A DNA stretch of 64,000 nucleotides, taken from the NCBI RefSeq assembly GCF_006345805.1, contig NC_043007.1, positions 10,106,001 to 10,170,000 of the forward strand, read 5' to 3'. Every line of letters starts with the position of its first letter. Position 1 is the stretch's first letter. Below are positions 36,204-48,548 of the stretch, one piece after another. This DNA is from Octopus sinensis. Lineage: Eukaryota. The notes below the pieces were generated by a model that saw nothing but the letters and a program-made list of their open reading frames with translations, was not told the DNA's origin and ran no database searches. The translations under genes and the position numbers were made by a program.

Positions 36204-36428
36204 GGTACTACTTAAGAAAAGTTGTCCCTGTGCGCGCACTCGCGCTAGCTAGTCGTGACTAGTCGATCCTTACTTTGTGTTTTTTTGTTTTATTTACTTT
36301 GTTTCAAAAATTATTTACTTTGTGTTTTATTTACCTTGCTAGGTAGTCGTCGTAGGATCGACTAGTCACGACTAGCTAGCGCGGATACGCGAGTGCGCGC
36401 ACCGGGACCATTCTTCTTGAGCAGTACC
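36204..36428. mobile_element. CpG-rich MITE with ~75-bp TIRs, Merlin-like (copy 1)
   Basis: Termini GGTACT...AGTACC; flanks GATTCGCT (36196-36203) and GGTTCGCT (36429-36436) are a 7/8 match to an 8-bp TSD. Confidence 0.65.
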
Positions 36429-36498
36429 GGTTCGCTTTAGAAAAGGAAAAAAAAAAAGAGATTGAAGGATGATCCACAGCGGACCTTTTCCTTTTGAT

Positions 36499-36714
36499 GG
36501 TACTACTTAAGAAGAGTGGTCCCGGTGCGCGCTAGCTAGTCGTGACTAGTCGATCCTTACTTTGTGTTTTTTGTTTTAATTACTTAGTTTTAAAAATTAT
36601 TTACTTCGTGTTTTATTTACTTAGCTAGGTAGTCGTCGTAGGATCGACTAGTCACGACTAGCTAGCTCGGATACGCGAGTGCGCGCACCGGGACCACTCT
36701 TCTTAAGCAGTACC
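36499..36714. mobile_element. Second copy of the Merlin-like MITE, from a ~295-bp tandem duplication
   Basis: Same TIRs and the same 70-bp right flank (ggttcgctttagaaaagg...ccttttgat) as copy 1. Confidence 0.7.
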
Positions 36715-37118
36715 GGTTCGCTTTAGAAAAGGAAAAAAAAAAAAGATTGAAGGATGATCCACAGCGGACCTTTTCCTTTTGATGGACGGAATTTCTAGCG
36801 TGTCCGTTGATATTTTCTCTTTCTAACGTAATGCAGTAGCGGACCTCTTATTTGGCTCCCAGAAATCCGGGAATGCTGTTCAATATACTGTACCCTGTAT
36901 TGAATAAAGCGACCCTTTTTTTTGAAGTTGGGTAATTTGCATACAGCGTACTAAGATACTTTTCTAGTGGAGTGATAGAGATTAAACACACTCTGCTCTA
37001 CAAGTGTATTAAATTTGTACTTGTACCTTTTAATAAAAATCATCATTTTTCTTCATTTAATTTTCATCCTATTGACATTATACTATGGTACAGTGTGATA
37101 TATTTTATCAATTCTAAA

Positions 37119-37586
37119 TCTTTATATATAAAAGAGAGGTTGTGTGCTGTCTGTCTCCTACGATTTAGATTCCTAACTACTCCCACATTTTGCAGTGCAG
37201 TGTAACCAAAACCGGGTATCTTATAGTCGTGATTCATATCGAGCCCTTCTGGGTATTAGCGCGCGTCTACGATGAGTCTACGATTTAAAAAAAATTTACC
37301 ATAATTTTTTTCCATTTTAATGCATTTTTTCGCTATTATATAAAGGGAAGTAACTCTCTAAAAATGTCAACGATTTAAAAAAATTTACCATAATTTTTTT
37401 CCATTTTAATGCATTTTTTCGCTATTATATAAAGGGAAGTAACTCTCTAAAAATGTCAACGATTTAAAAAAAATTTACCATAATTTTTTTTCCATTTTTA
37501 ATGCATTTTTTTGGCTATAACTCTCCAAAAATGCTTATTTAGTTATTTCCCTTACAAATCCGAGCAACGCCGGGCGATACTGCTAG
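37119..37586 (+). mobile_element. Non-autonomous Helitron, same family, with an internal ~90-bp tandem amplification
   Basis: Same TC...hairpin...CTAG termini at an A|T site. The cgatttaaaaaaaatttacc block is repeated three times. Confidence 0.88.
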
Positions 37587-37887
37587 TGGATTAATAAATA
37601 TCAGACAGACCCAGCTTTAGATGTGTATTTATTTGAATGTTGAATAAAATTTAGTTCTTTAGTTTTCATAATTTGTTTCAAGTATACGTTTAGACTGTTT
37701 CCGGAAAATTCAGAAATCCGGGATATTTCCGGTCTCCAGCCTGCCAAATAATTGGTCAAGTATTATATTAAGAAAACCATTCGAGAAAAATACACTTTAA
37801 AAAAATATATTATTTCATACATACACACACACACACTATATATATTATATATATATATATATAACGGGAAGCTTTATGAAAATAGAC

Positions 37888-38044
37888 AAAAGTGGACAGT
37901 CAACATGCTAGATATAGACGTCAAATCGCAATTCTCCACAAAGATTATGTTCTCAAATCAATTGATTTGATTGATTTGAGAACATAATCTTTGTGGAGAA
38001 TGGCGATTTGACGTCTATATCTAGCATGTTGACTGTCCACTTTT
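37888..38044. repeat. Long palindrome: 74-bp arms with one mismatch and a 9-nt centre
   Basis: 37888-37961 is the reverse complement of 37971-38044; the centre ttgatttga duplicates the start of the right arm. Confidence 0.95.
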
Positions 38045-38156
38045 CGTGTTCAGTCCTTAATTGGTATATATAAATATTTTAATCTTCGGATTCTTTTTCA
38101 ATATGCTAGACCACTGGTTTTAATTGATAAATATCAATTTCTACCCTTGATTAATT

Positions 38157-38189
<33 letters not shown>

Positions 38190-38272
38190 AAACGTTCGTG
38201 CGGCATATTTCTGTGGTTGTAAGCGACCGTCTGTTCCATTCATCAATTGAGTAAGATTTTAATTAAAGGAGG

Positions 38273-38407
38273 ATGGCAGGTATTCTCATTCCCCGTTTAC
38301 AAACCAAAGAAGAAATAGACAGAGCTATTTTAGATACACGAGAAAAAGTCCTTGTCCTTCGCTTTGGGCGAGCGGACGATCTCGAATGCATTAAAATAGA
38401 TGATATC
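38273..38407 (+). CDS. TXNL4B: TXNL4B (Dim2, thioredoxin-like spliceosomal protein) coding exon 1
   Basis: MAGILIPRLQTKEEIDRAILDTREKVLVLRFGRADDLECIKIDDI, then donor ATC|gtaagt; 135 nt, phase 0. Confidence 0.92.
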
Positions 38408-39337
38408 GTAAGTGAACATTTTAAACTTTACTTCACCGTTTGCTTAAGACCGAAATATAAAGTTTTTGCTGTTTCTCCCCATGTTAGACCTTAAATGAAA
38501 GGCATTCCTTCCGTGACGTTCTCTTTTAGTATATCTAGAATTACAGTGTTGAATACCTCCTTTCTTGTATATAAAACAATAGAGTATGACTTTAAGGATA
38601 TTCGACTGCTATTACTAACGAATCGTGTGACTGCATAGAGGATTGGGCAACCTTAAGGCCGCATGAGATTGTTCATGATCTGGCGAGCCGCGCTACTAGA
38701 GAAATCCAAGATAATCTTTCTTTAAGGGTGTCATCCAGAAAGGCCCGCGGACCGAAGGTTGTCCATGACTGGCATAGAAGGTTCCTTGTGGGTTCGTAGT
38801 TGCGTCTTCGTCTCGTAGTGACAGCGAAATCCACTATCCGATTTCAAATGTCGCCCGGAGTAAGTCCACTTTTACACAAAATCTTTGGGTTAACCATGAA
38901 GGCGACAGCCTAATAATAACCCCTGTTACTTTGTGGGGTTAATTTCTCACAGAAACGGACAAAATGCTTAGTGGCATTCCGGCACTTTACAGTTTGAGTT
39001 CAAATACGGATGAGATCGACTTTATCTTTCATTCTTTCGGGGTCGGTAAAACAAGCAATACCCGAGTACTGAGGTCAATGAAATCGCCTTTTTCCCATCC
39101 CCTGAAAATCACTGGCTTTTACTGGTTTTCTTTTTTTTACTCGTGTTCTTACTGTATAATATTGTTTAAAATTATTATCTTTTCCCCTGAATTATCGCAT
39201 AAGATAATGGTACAACTTCAATACAGAGGTCTCGACGCATCTATGTAACCCCCAACCTTAAAATTAAGCCCCTAACGTGTGTGCACTCTAAAAGCATCGT
39301 TATGTAGATACACCGGGACCTCTGTATTTAAGCAGTG

Positions 39338-39728
39338 CCTTTTACTTGTTTCAGTCAGTTGACTGTGACCATGCTGGAGCACCACCTTTAGTCGAGCAAA
39401 TCGACCCCAGGACTTATTCTGTGCAAGCCTAGTACTTATTCTATCGGTCTCTTTTGCAGAACTGCTAAGTTACGGCGACGTAAACACACCAGCATCGGTT
39501 GTCAAGCGATGTTGGGGGACAAACACAGACACACAAACATATACACACACATACATATATACATATATACGACGGGCTTCTTTCAGTTTCCGTCTATCAA
39601 ATCCACTCACAAGGCTTTGGTCGACCCGAGGCTATAGTAGAAGACACTTGCCCAAGGTGCCACGCAGTGGGACTGAACCAGAACCATGTGGTTGGTAAAC
39701 AAGCTACTTACCACACAGCCACTCCTGC
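39338..39728 (-). mobile_element. SINE family A (an additional 5' half lies at ~39929-40140)
   Basis: Reverse-complement copy. Confidence 0.85.
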
Positions 39729-40377
39729 CAAGATAATTTCCTTTTCTTTTGCCAGTCAGAATCTCATTTTTTCCAGTTTTTCTTTGTATCCCACATTTTG
39801 AAACACTTGACATTCGCATTAAAAATAAATCTTCTCTTTATCGAATCTTCCACGAGTAAAATTAAAGTCCCCTCCCCACTACATTGGCCTATTCAGCTAA
39901 CTTTCCATATTGCTCTTCTATATGTACTGGAATGTTGGGGGGGACAAACACAGACGCACATACATACATATATATATAGACGGGCTTCTTTCAGTTTCCA
40001 TCTACCAAATCCACTCACAAGGCTTTGGTCGGCCCAAGGCTATAGTAGAAGACACTTGCCCAAGGTGCCATGCAGTGGGACTGAACCTGGAACTATGTGG
40101 TTGGTAAGCAAGCTACTTACCACACAGCCACTCCTGTGCCTATCTTATTCATATCGTATTGTGTCCAGTTCTTCACATACAAAAGTCTTGACTATTTGTC
40201 ATTTGATATACCAGGAGTATAGTAGCTCCCTTAGAAACTAAATTAGGATTAAGAAAGGCATCTGGCTGTAGAAAACTCTGCCTCAACATTCTCTTGTCTT
40301 TTCGGTTTGAACGGCAGTTTTTTAAAAATAATTTCCACGTAACTAAACACTTTTAAACTTCGTATACTGGTAGAATA

Positions 40378-40770
40378 GGCGCAGGAGTGGCTATGTGGTA
40401 AGTAGCTTGTTTACCAACCACATGGTTCTGGGTTCAGTCCCACTGCGTGGCACCTTGGGCAAGTGTCTTCTACTATAGCCTTGGGCCGACCAAAGCCTTG
40501 TGAGTGGATTTGGTAGACGGAAACTGAAAGAAGCCCGTCGTATATATGTATATATATATATATATATATGCGTGTGTGTGTTTGTCCCCCTAGCATTGCT
40601 TGACCACCGATGCTGGTGTGTTTATGTCCCCGTTACTTAGTGGTTCGGCAAAAGATACCGATAGAATAAGTACTGGGCTTACAAAAGAATAAGTCCTGGG
40701 GTCGAGTTGCTCGATTAAAGGCAGTGCTCCAGCATGGCCGCAGTCAAATGACTGAAACAAGTAAAAGAAA
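40378..40770 (+). mobile_element. SINE family A inserted into a GGATC MITE
   Basis: MITE sequence resumes after the SINE; agaat is repeated at both flanks. Confidence 0.85.
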
Positions 40771-41157
40771 AGAATGTGTTTATAAAACATTTTTTTCTCT
40801 TGGCTTTATTGAGAAAATTCTATGGTTTGTAAGATATTTGTTGTTTTTTTCTTCAATTTCTACAATTTCATCCAATCAATGACGTCTATTGAGGTAAAAA
40901 GCATTCTGTGCCGTATGAATATGTCCCTCATTTAAGAAACAGATTGAGCTTATTTACATTTCTGAAGAAAAAACGATACCCTTCTTCCCACCCCTAAGCC
41001 TAAAACAGATTGAAATGCAATAGATCGATACTAGGGTCATAATTATGAGTGACAATTTCATATGACACCGCTAGAAAAAACTGCCGTTCAAACCGAAAAG
41101 ATCCTGTTTAAACAATAATGTTTTAATATGTTTTCCTTTTCTATTTTTTCCCCATAG

Positions 41158-41309
41158 TTTTCCAAAGTTATGGAAGCTCTGAGTAACATGGCTGTCTTCT
41201 ATACTGTGGAGGTTGACAGTGTTCCAATCTATGTCCATTACTTTGACATTACGTTGATACCGTCAACTATTTTCTTCTTTAATGCTCAACATATCAAAGT
41301 TGACTGGGA
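41158..41309 (+). CDS. TXNL4B: TXNL4B coding exon 2
   Basis: Acceptor ttttttccccatag, donor GA|gtaagt; 152 nt. Encodes FSKVMEALSNMAVFYTVEVDSVPIYVHYFDITLIPSTIFFFNAQHIKVDW. Confidence 0.93.
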
Positions 41310-41746
41310 GTAAGTTTAACTTGATTTTTTTCTTGTTTGTTTTTAAATTATTTCTGTTTTTGTTGCATTTAATCAGAAGGAAGGATGGCAATGCCGATGA
41401 CCTTTCACAGGTTTGTGAGATTGATTGTGGTTGACGTTCCACACGAACAGATGTAAGCCAGCGAGTGTAGGAACAATGTAGGCTGGAAAGGAATTTTGCA
41501 GCATATTACGAGGTCAGGGTCTTTGATTCCACGCAAAAAATCCGAGTTTTTTTTTTTTGTTTTCTTAGTGAAAATTGTGCGGGTGTTACACGAAAATTTT
41601 ACCGGAATTTTATGGTGGAAGCCTGAGAAGAGAGACAGACCGAGTTATGAAATGAGGAAAGGCAGATGTATCTGGTGGGAAGGATACGTGATGTTGACTT
41701 TGATGAGTAGTAGTAGTAGAGTTACTGAGGAGGCAATACCTCTGTG

Positions 41747-42114
41747 GGATCTTTTCGGTTTGACCGGCAGTTTTTTAACATAATTTCTAGGTAACTAAAA
41801 AATGTTAAACTTTATTGAGAAAATTCTATAGTTTGTAAAATATTTGTTGTTTTTTCTTCTTCAATTTCTGCAATTTCAACCAATCAGTGACATCTATTGA
41901 GGTAAAAAAAACATTCTGTGCCGTATGAACATGTCCCTCGTTTAAGAAATAGATTGGGTTCATTTACATTTCAGAAGAAAAAAAATATACCCTTCCCATA
42001 CCCCTAACCCTAAAACAGATTGAAATGCAATAGATCGATACTAGGGTCATAATTATGGATGACAATTTCATATGACACCGCTAGAAAAAACTGCCGTTCA
42101 AACCGAAAAGATCC
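41747..42114. mobile_element. Unclassified DNA-transposon MITE (~370 bp) with GGATC termini; other copies at ~40296-41104 (SINE-interrupted), 32964-33592 and a remnant near 34330
   Basis: TIRs ggatcttttcggtttga(a/c)cggcagtttttt / aaaaaactgccgttcaaaccgaaaagatcc, with a 6-bp direct repeat TCTGTG on both flanks. Confidence 0.8.
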
Positions 42115-43541
42115 TCTGTGAACTACATTGCTGCTAGTGTGAGTTAGTAGGTTCTTGATAATAATGAGAATGGTCTTCTTTTGGATACAGTCTAAGATGT
42201 TTTTGTTTTTTAAAAGTACTTTCCCAGTTGTGGAAGCAGCATTGCATCATGGGTTTCACTCAAGCTTTCTAGAGTGTGAGTTGTTACTCAGGTTTGAAGT
42301 ATATTCTGCTCTAAAGGGGAAGGTTAGGATTTGGAATGCTACTTTTCATTTTGTCATGCATCATCATTTAACGCCCGTTTTCCATGCTAGCATGGGTTGG
42401 ACGGTTCGACCAGGGTCTGGAAGCCATGTAGGCTGCACCAGGCTCCAGTCTGATTTGGCAGTGTTTCTACAGTTGGATGCCCTTCCTAACGCCAACCACT
42501 CCGTGAGTGTAGTGGGTGTTTTTTTTATGTGCCACCGGCACAGGGGCCAGAGCAGACTGGCAAACGGCCATGATCGGTTGGTGCTTTTTACGTGTCACCG
42601 ACACGGATGCCAGTCAGGCGGTTCTGGCATCTGCCACATTCGGACAGTGCTTTTTACGTGTCACCGGCACGGGTGTCTTAACTACAATTTCCATTTGAAT
42701 TTTTATTTTGATGTTGATGTACTTGACTCAATAGGTCTCCTCAAGAACAGCAGGTCACTCTATGATCCAAGGTGAGCACAGCAGGCCGTCCTGCGAACCA
42801 TGAACTCACTTCATTTGTCGGGTCTTCGAAGTCACAGCATATCTCCAGAGGTCTCGGTCTTTCGTCATAGCCTCTGTGAGACTCAAAGTACGATCTTTAT
42901 CAAATTGCTCAACCAAGAGGAAGCTCCCTCATTGGTTCAGTTGGAGAATATTTTTGATGTCTTTGTTAGGTACAAATGTTACTGTGTAATTAAGAAGTTT
43001 GCTTCCCAACTATGTGGGTTTGGGTTCAGTCCCACTGCATGGCACCTCAGGTAAAGCGTCTTCTACTCTAGCCCCAAGCCAATCAAAGCCTTGTGAGTAG
43101 GCTTGGTAGATGGAAACTGAAAGAAACCCATTATGTGGGTGTGTGTGTGTGACCCTTGTCTAGACATCATGTGATGGTTGTAAATGTAATGTTCGTTTTT
43201 AGTCTTCTGTGAAAAACTTGTCTCGCTATGGGAAAATACTTTGTTGCTTGGAAATGGGTGAGTTAGTGATAATAAGGGCATCTAGCTGTAGAGAATTCGT
43301 GCCTCAACAGATTCCATCTGGACCATGCAAGCATGGAAAAGTAGACATTGAATGATGATGTGGTTGGTAAGCAAAAGTCTTTGTTGTAAGAAATTTGCTT
43401 CCCAGTCACCAACCAAATGCTTTCAGGTTCAATCCAACTGCTTGAAACCTTAGGCATGTATTTTCTATTATAAGACTGGTCTGACTAATGCCTTGTGAGT
43501 TGATTTGGCTGACAGAAACTGAAAAAAACCTCTCTTACATA

Positions 43542-43693
43542 TATGAGGGAGTGCTGAAAAGTTCCTGACTTTAAGGGTCTGGTTGGAGGCCCAACCATCT
43601 GAGTTCTTTTTCAGGGCTTAGATAAAACTGGAGGATCATTGCAATAAGTGTGTGAATCTGAGAGTGGAATATCTTCAATAAAATCATAATTGA
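43542..43693 (+). mobile_element. Mariner-derived fragment
   Basis: TA(T)GAGGGAGTGCTGAAAAGTTCCTG terminus, followed by the transposase C-terminal remnant LEDHCNKCVNLRVEYLQ*. Confidence 0.6.
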
Positions 43694-45053
43694 CTGAAAC
43701 TGGCTTCCGTGTCGGTGGCACGTAAAAAGCACCATCCGAATCGTGGCCGAAGCCAGTGCCGCCTCAACTGGCTTCCGTGCATGTGGCACGTAAAATGCAC
43801 CAATCCGACCGTGGCCGATGCCAGCCTCGCCTGGCACCAGTGCAGGTGGCACGTAAAAAGCACCCACTACACTCAAGGAGTGGTTGGCATTAGGAAGGGC
43901 ATCCAGCTGTAGAAACATTGCCAGATAAGACCGGAGCCTGGTGCAGCCTTCTGGCTTCCCAGATCCCCGGTCGAACCGTCCAACCCATGCTAGCATGGAG
44001 AACGAACGTTAAACGATGAAAGCCAGGAATTTTTCAACCTTACCACCCATATGTATAAATCTCTCTCTCTATATATATATATGTGAGTGTGTGTGTGCAT
44101 GTATGTGTTATTGTCTTCTTGCCTTGACATAATGTGACTGTTGTAAATGAATGTTACTGTCATTCATCATCATCATCACCGTTTAACGTCGGCTTTCCCT
44201 GCTAGCATGGGTTGGACGATTTGACTGAGGTCTGGCGAACGAGATGGCTGCACCAGGCTCCAATCTGATCCGGCAGAGTTTCTACAGCTGGATGCCTTTC
44301 CTAACGCCAACCACTCTGAGAGTGTAGTGGGTGCTTTTACATGCCACCGGCACAAGGGCCAGTCAGGCGGTACCGGCAACTGCCATGCTCAAATGGTGTT
44401 TTTTACGTGCTACCTGCACAGGAGCCAGTCCAGCAGCACTGGCAACAACCTCGCTCGAATGTTTTTTCACGTGCCACCAGCACAAGTGCTGGTAAGGTGA
44501 CGCAGGTAATGATCACGCTCGAATGGTGCTTTTTACATGCCACTGGCATGGAGGCCAGTTTGTTGGTCTGGCAACAATCAAGCTCGTATGGTACTCTTAG
44601 CGCTCCACTAGCACGGATGCCAGTCATCAAATTTGATTTCGATTTCACTTGCCTCAACAGGTCTTCACAAGCAGAGTTTAGTGTCCAATGAAGGAAAGGT
44701 ACACATAAGTGGGCTGGTTACACCCCTGGCATAGGCCACGAGGTTATGGTCTTACTTGGGCTTGCCGAGTCTTCTCCAATATTCTGTGAAGTCATTTCTG
44801 GCCATGGGAAAATATTACCTTGCTTGGGAATGTGAGGTTTAGTAATAGGAAGGGCATCAGGCCATTGAAAATCTGCTTCAATAAATTCTGCCTGACCCAT
44901 GTGAGCATGGAAAAGTGGATGTTAAAATGAGGAAGAAAAGGATTTTTATTCTGTATCATTACCATTTTTTGTCTTTTGCTTATAATTTCCTTGCCTATTA
45001 CTTTTATATGTTTTTTCCATATATTACCACATATATTATTTTCTACTTCCTAG

Positions 45054-45219
45054 AACACCGGATCACACCAAATTTGTTGGCAGTTTCAAGACAAAACAGG
45101 ATGTGATTGATGTGGTAGAAGTTATTTTTCGAGGAGCAATGAAAGGAAAACTAATTGTGAAAAGCCCCCTGGATCCTCGCAATGTCCCTCGATATGAGCT
45201 AATTTACAAAGACATATAA
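45054..45219 (+). CDS. TXNL4B: TXNL4B coding exon 3
   Basis: Acceptor ttctacttcctag. Encodes [54 protein letters not shown]. The [10 protein letters not shown] motif distinguishes Dim2 from Dim1/TXNL4A. Spliced CDS 453 nt = 150 aa. Confidence 0.93.
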
Positions 45220-45510
45220 TATCATCCAGGTGAACCAACATCCGTTTCCACCTGTCCTTGGTCATCTTCAACACCAGTTACTGGCAACCGCTTTCATATC
45301 TCATGGCTCTGACATAATTAAGTTTGAAGATCAACATATGCACAAGCATGGCTGTGTGGCTAGAAGCATGCTTCTCAATTGTAAGGTTCCAGGTTCAATC
45401 CTTCTGCGTGGCACCTTGGGCAAGTATCTTCAACTAGAGTTCTGGGCCGACCAAAGCATTGCAAGTGGATCTGGTAAACAGGATCTGAAATAAGCCTGTC
45501 ATATATATAT

Positions 45511-45925
45511 ATTAAATATATGATTTAAGTTATAGAACAAAGTTCAACAAATTCAATCATATTTTTTATCTATTTCACTATACGATTGTTTTGTACAGAA
45601 AAACAAATTCATTTTAAGAATCTGAGTTGTCAAAGACTACCCCTCAGTAGTAGCACAATAAGAAAAATAATGATAATAATAATAAAAAAACCAAATAAAG
45701 AAAAAAGGACTTTAGAATTACATGGGTATGTAAAATAGACATGGCTCCAAGAACAATTACACTTTACTCAGATTCTTAAAATGAATTTATCTTTCTGTAT
45801 AAAACGATTGTATAGTGAAATAAATAAAAAAAATTATTCCATATTAACAGCTAATCTCCTCCATTTATGAAAAATATGATTGAATTTGTTGAACTTCATT
45901 CCATAACTTAAATCATATACTTAAT
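45511..45925. repeat. Diverged AT-rich foldback (inverted arms ~115 bp, ~140 bp loop)
   Basis: 45511-45627 pairs with 45766-45925; the right arm has an extra ~40 bp at about 45831-45869. Confidence 0.8.
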
Positions 45926-46190
45926 ATACTTACATAACCTTTCATATCTATGCCAATTTACATCAGTAAATTCAAAGTGAAGTATGAAGAATCAACATAA
46001 GAAATCTTATGGAAACTACTCCAATTAAAGGATGAATCTACATTCAACCTTTTTTAAAATATATATATATATATATATATATGATTGATTGATTGATTCT
46101 AGTTTCAGCTTATGAGCTGTGGCCATGCTGGGGCACCGCCATTTTATATGGCGCAAAAACAGGTCTGGCAATAGGGAAATATTACCTTAC

Positions 46191-46353
46191 AGCGCAGGAG
46201 TGGCTGTGTGGTAAGTAGCTTGCTAACCAACCACATGGTTCCGGGTTCAGTCCCACTGCGTGGCATCCTGGGTAAGTGTCTTCTGCTATAGCCCCGGGCC
46301 AACCAATGCCTTGTGAGTGGATTTGGTAGACGGAAACGGAAAGAAGCCTGTCG

Positions 46354-46402
<49 letters not shown>

Positions 46403-46596
46403 TTGTCCCCCTAGCATTGCTTGACAACCAATGCTGGTGTGTTTACGTCCCCGTCAATTAGCGGTTTGGCAAAAGAGACCGATAGAATAAGTACTGGGCT
46501 TACAAAGAATAAGTCCCGGGGTCGATTTGCTCGACTAAAGGCGGTGCTCCAGCATGGCCGCAGTCAAATGACTGAAACAAGTAAAAGAGTAAAGAG
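46191..46596 (+). mobile_element. SINE family A
   Basis: Full-length copy. Confidence 0.85.
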
Positions 46597-48462
46597 CTAC
46601 TTGGAAGCAGGTGAGTGTTGGCAACAGGAAGAGCGTGTGGCCATAGAAAATGGCAACAAGCGCCAGGAGCCCAGTGGCATTTATCTGGAGATACCATTTC
46701 TTAGATGAGCAGCTACTAAACAGCTGAGGGGCCTCAGCTGGTCTGCATTTGTTGGGGGTGTCTGTGAGCGACTGTTTTCCAGAGGCATTTCTGTGATATG
46801 CTAATTAAACCATGCTGCTACTCTGAGTCAGGGTAGACCTAGTGGCTAAGGAGTGGTTCCACGCTCATCAAAACAATGGAACCCCTGAAACAGGGCTCCA
46901 CTACCAGAAATCACTTGAAGTCAGTCACACCCAGGTTATTCTGTGGTTAAATAAATAATGACAAACAACAATATTAATTTAAAAATATATCATTTAAATT
47001 GAATGTTTTTTATTAATTTTTTATAATTTTTGGAGTAAGATGAATGTTTTAAACTTAAACAAAAAAAACAAAAAACTATACTGATTTTTTTTTAAGTAAA
47101 ATAAAAAATATATAAAAAATAAAATTAATAAAAAGGTAAATAAATAACATTTTTGTGTTTTGAGACGTTAGCTACATTTCTCATGTTTACACATCGTATG
47201 AGTAAACTAAATGTCAGCTGATAAGCCTTAACATACTTCTGTAATCTCAAAACTGCTGCTGCCCTCTTCTTTTTTTTTTTGTTTTCTTTTTTTTCCTATC
47301 CCCACCCCAGCAATGTGCTTGTTTAGCATAGTTTCTAAGTACAATGCTTTATTATTTTGTTTTGGTTCTGCTGCCGTTGGGGGTCATCTTGTTTACTTTC
47401 ACTGATTAAAACATACGCAGAGGCATAACCGTAATTAGCCTGAAGCCCTGAGTTGTTATCTGGAAGCTGAGTGGATGGGTCAAGGTAGACAGGAAGTAGT
47501 AGTTTCTTTAAGGATCGAGTGGGGGAAGAGGAATAAAAATAATCCTCTTCAGGGAGGTGTCTCTCTCTCTCTCTCCCCCTCTCAAGAAGGCATAAGGAAG
47601 TTACTCTGAAGAGACTATACGTAGCTGACATTTGATATTTAACGTACCATCTATACTAATTGTACAAGGACCTGTGAGTCTCACTGTAGTAAGGAAAATA
47701 AAAATTAGGCAATGGATCTCAGTGTGTTAATCTAAAAAATACAAATAAGAGGATTGCAGATTTAAAATTGCAACAAAACAGACTGACAAGTGTGCAAGTG
47801 TAACTGCACTAAATGTACAGCCAGCTATCACTTGCATGTGGGTATGGCTCGTTAACATGTACCACGTAAATATCCAGGTGTCTTATGTTGTTGCAAGCAA
47901 ACAGAGGCACCCTCTTGGCTGTATCTCACTTCAGATCCAGATCTGGCGGAACATCTAGGATGTGATGGCTGATGGGAGGGAAACAGCTGTATCTGCTGTA
48001 ACGAGCTGAGAAAACTGAGGGGGAATACGAAATGAAAAGTCTTGCTCAAGACACAGGAAGTGTCACCTGGTCCCTACGTCAATGAGCTGAATGCTCTAGC
48101 CATTAAGTCCTGTCCCTTTTATATTATATACAATATATTATTACATAGCTATATTTTATATAATTGTCTTGTTTATAAGGAATATAAAGACGTCATCAAT
48201 CTGAAAAAAAAAAGGGTCAGGCGGGGGGGGGGGGTTGAACCATAACATCTTGTCTGACATGAAGTGGAAAAATAATCATAACAACAAATGTAAAGTACAG
48301 AACAATTCAGAGAGCTTCCTTCTAAGCCTTACAAAGTAGGCCCCATTTTGGGGCCCCAAGAAATCTGGTTAGTCACTAATTACTTCCATTGGAAACTGAT
48401 TGCATTGCTGATCGGGGATAGCACAACCTTATTTAAAGAATCCAAGTACCGTGTAGAATTCT

Positions 48463-48548
48463 TCAGCTTGTCTCCATTGCAGTTTCTTCATCTTCTGTCA
48501 AAGAATCGGAGTCAATGACAAATTCCCATAATTCCTTCAGAGCAGAGA
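48463..48548 (-). CDS. ATRIP: ATRIP last coding exon
   Basis: Acceptor ctctctcttcag; phase 1 continuation gives (V)SALKELWEFVIDSDSLTEDEETAMETS*. Confidence 0.75.

Larger units (their letters stand above)
33951..38272. promoter_or_regulatory. Divergent (probably bidirectional) promoter region between TRMT10C and TXNL4B, including unidentified TRMT10C 5'UTR exon(s)
   Basis: Head-to-head start codons 4.3 kb apart. The TRMT10C ATG follows a splice acceptor, so a non-coding upstream exon must exist; a candidate donor CAG|GTGAG lies on the minus strand near 35622. The region is locally CpG-rich. Confidence 0.55.

Noticed and set aside
38620-38900. CpG-rich stretch in TXNL4B intron 1
   Set aside because: Could be a promoter-proximal unmethylated region or an old LINE remnant; no ORF or motif could be supported.
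46721-46740. Short palindrome cagctgagg-gg-cctcagctg and surrounding GC-richer sequence as a possible snoRNA
   Set aside because: 9-bp arms are expected occasionally by chance, and no convincing C/D or H/ACA box layout is visible.
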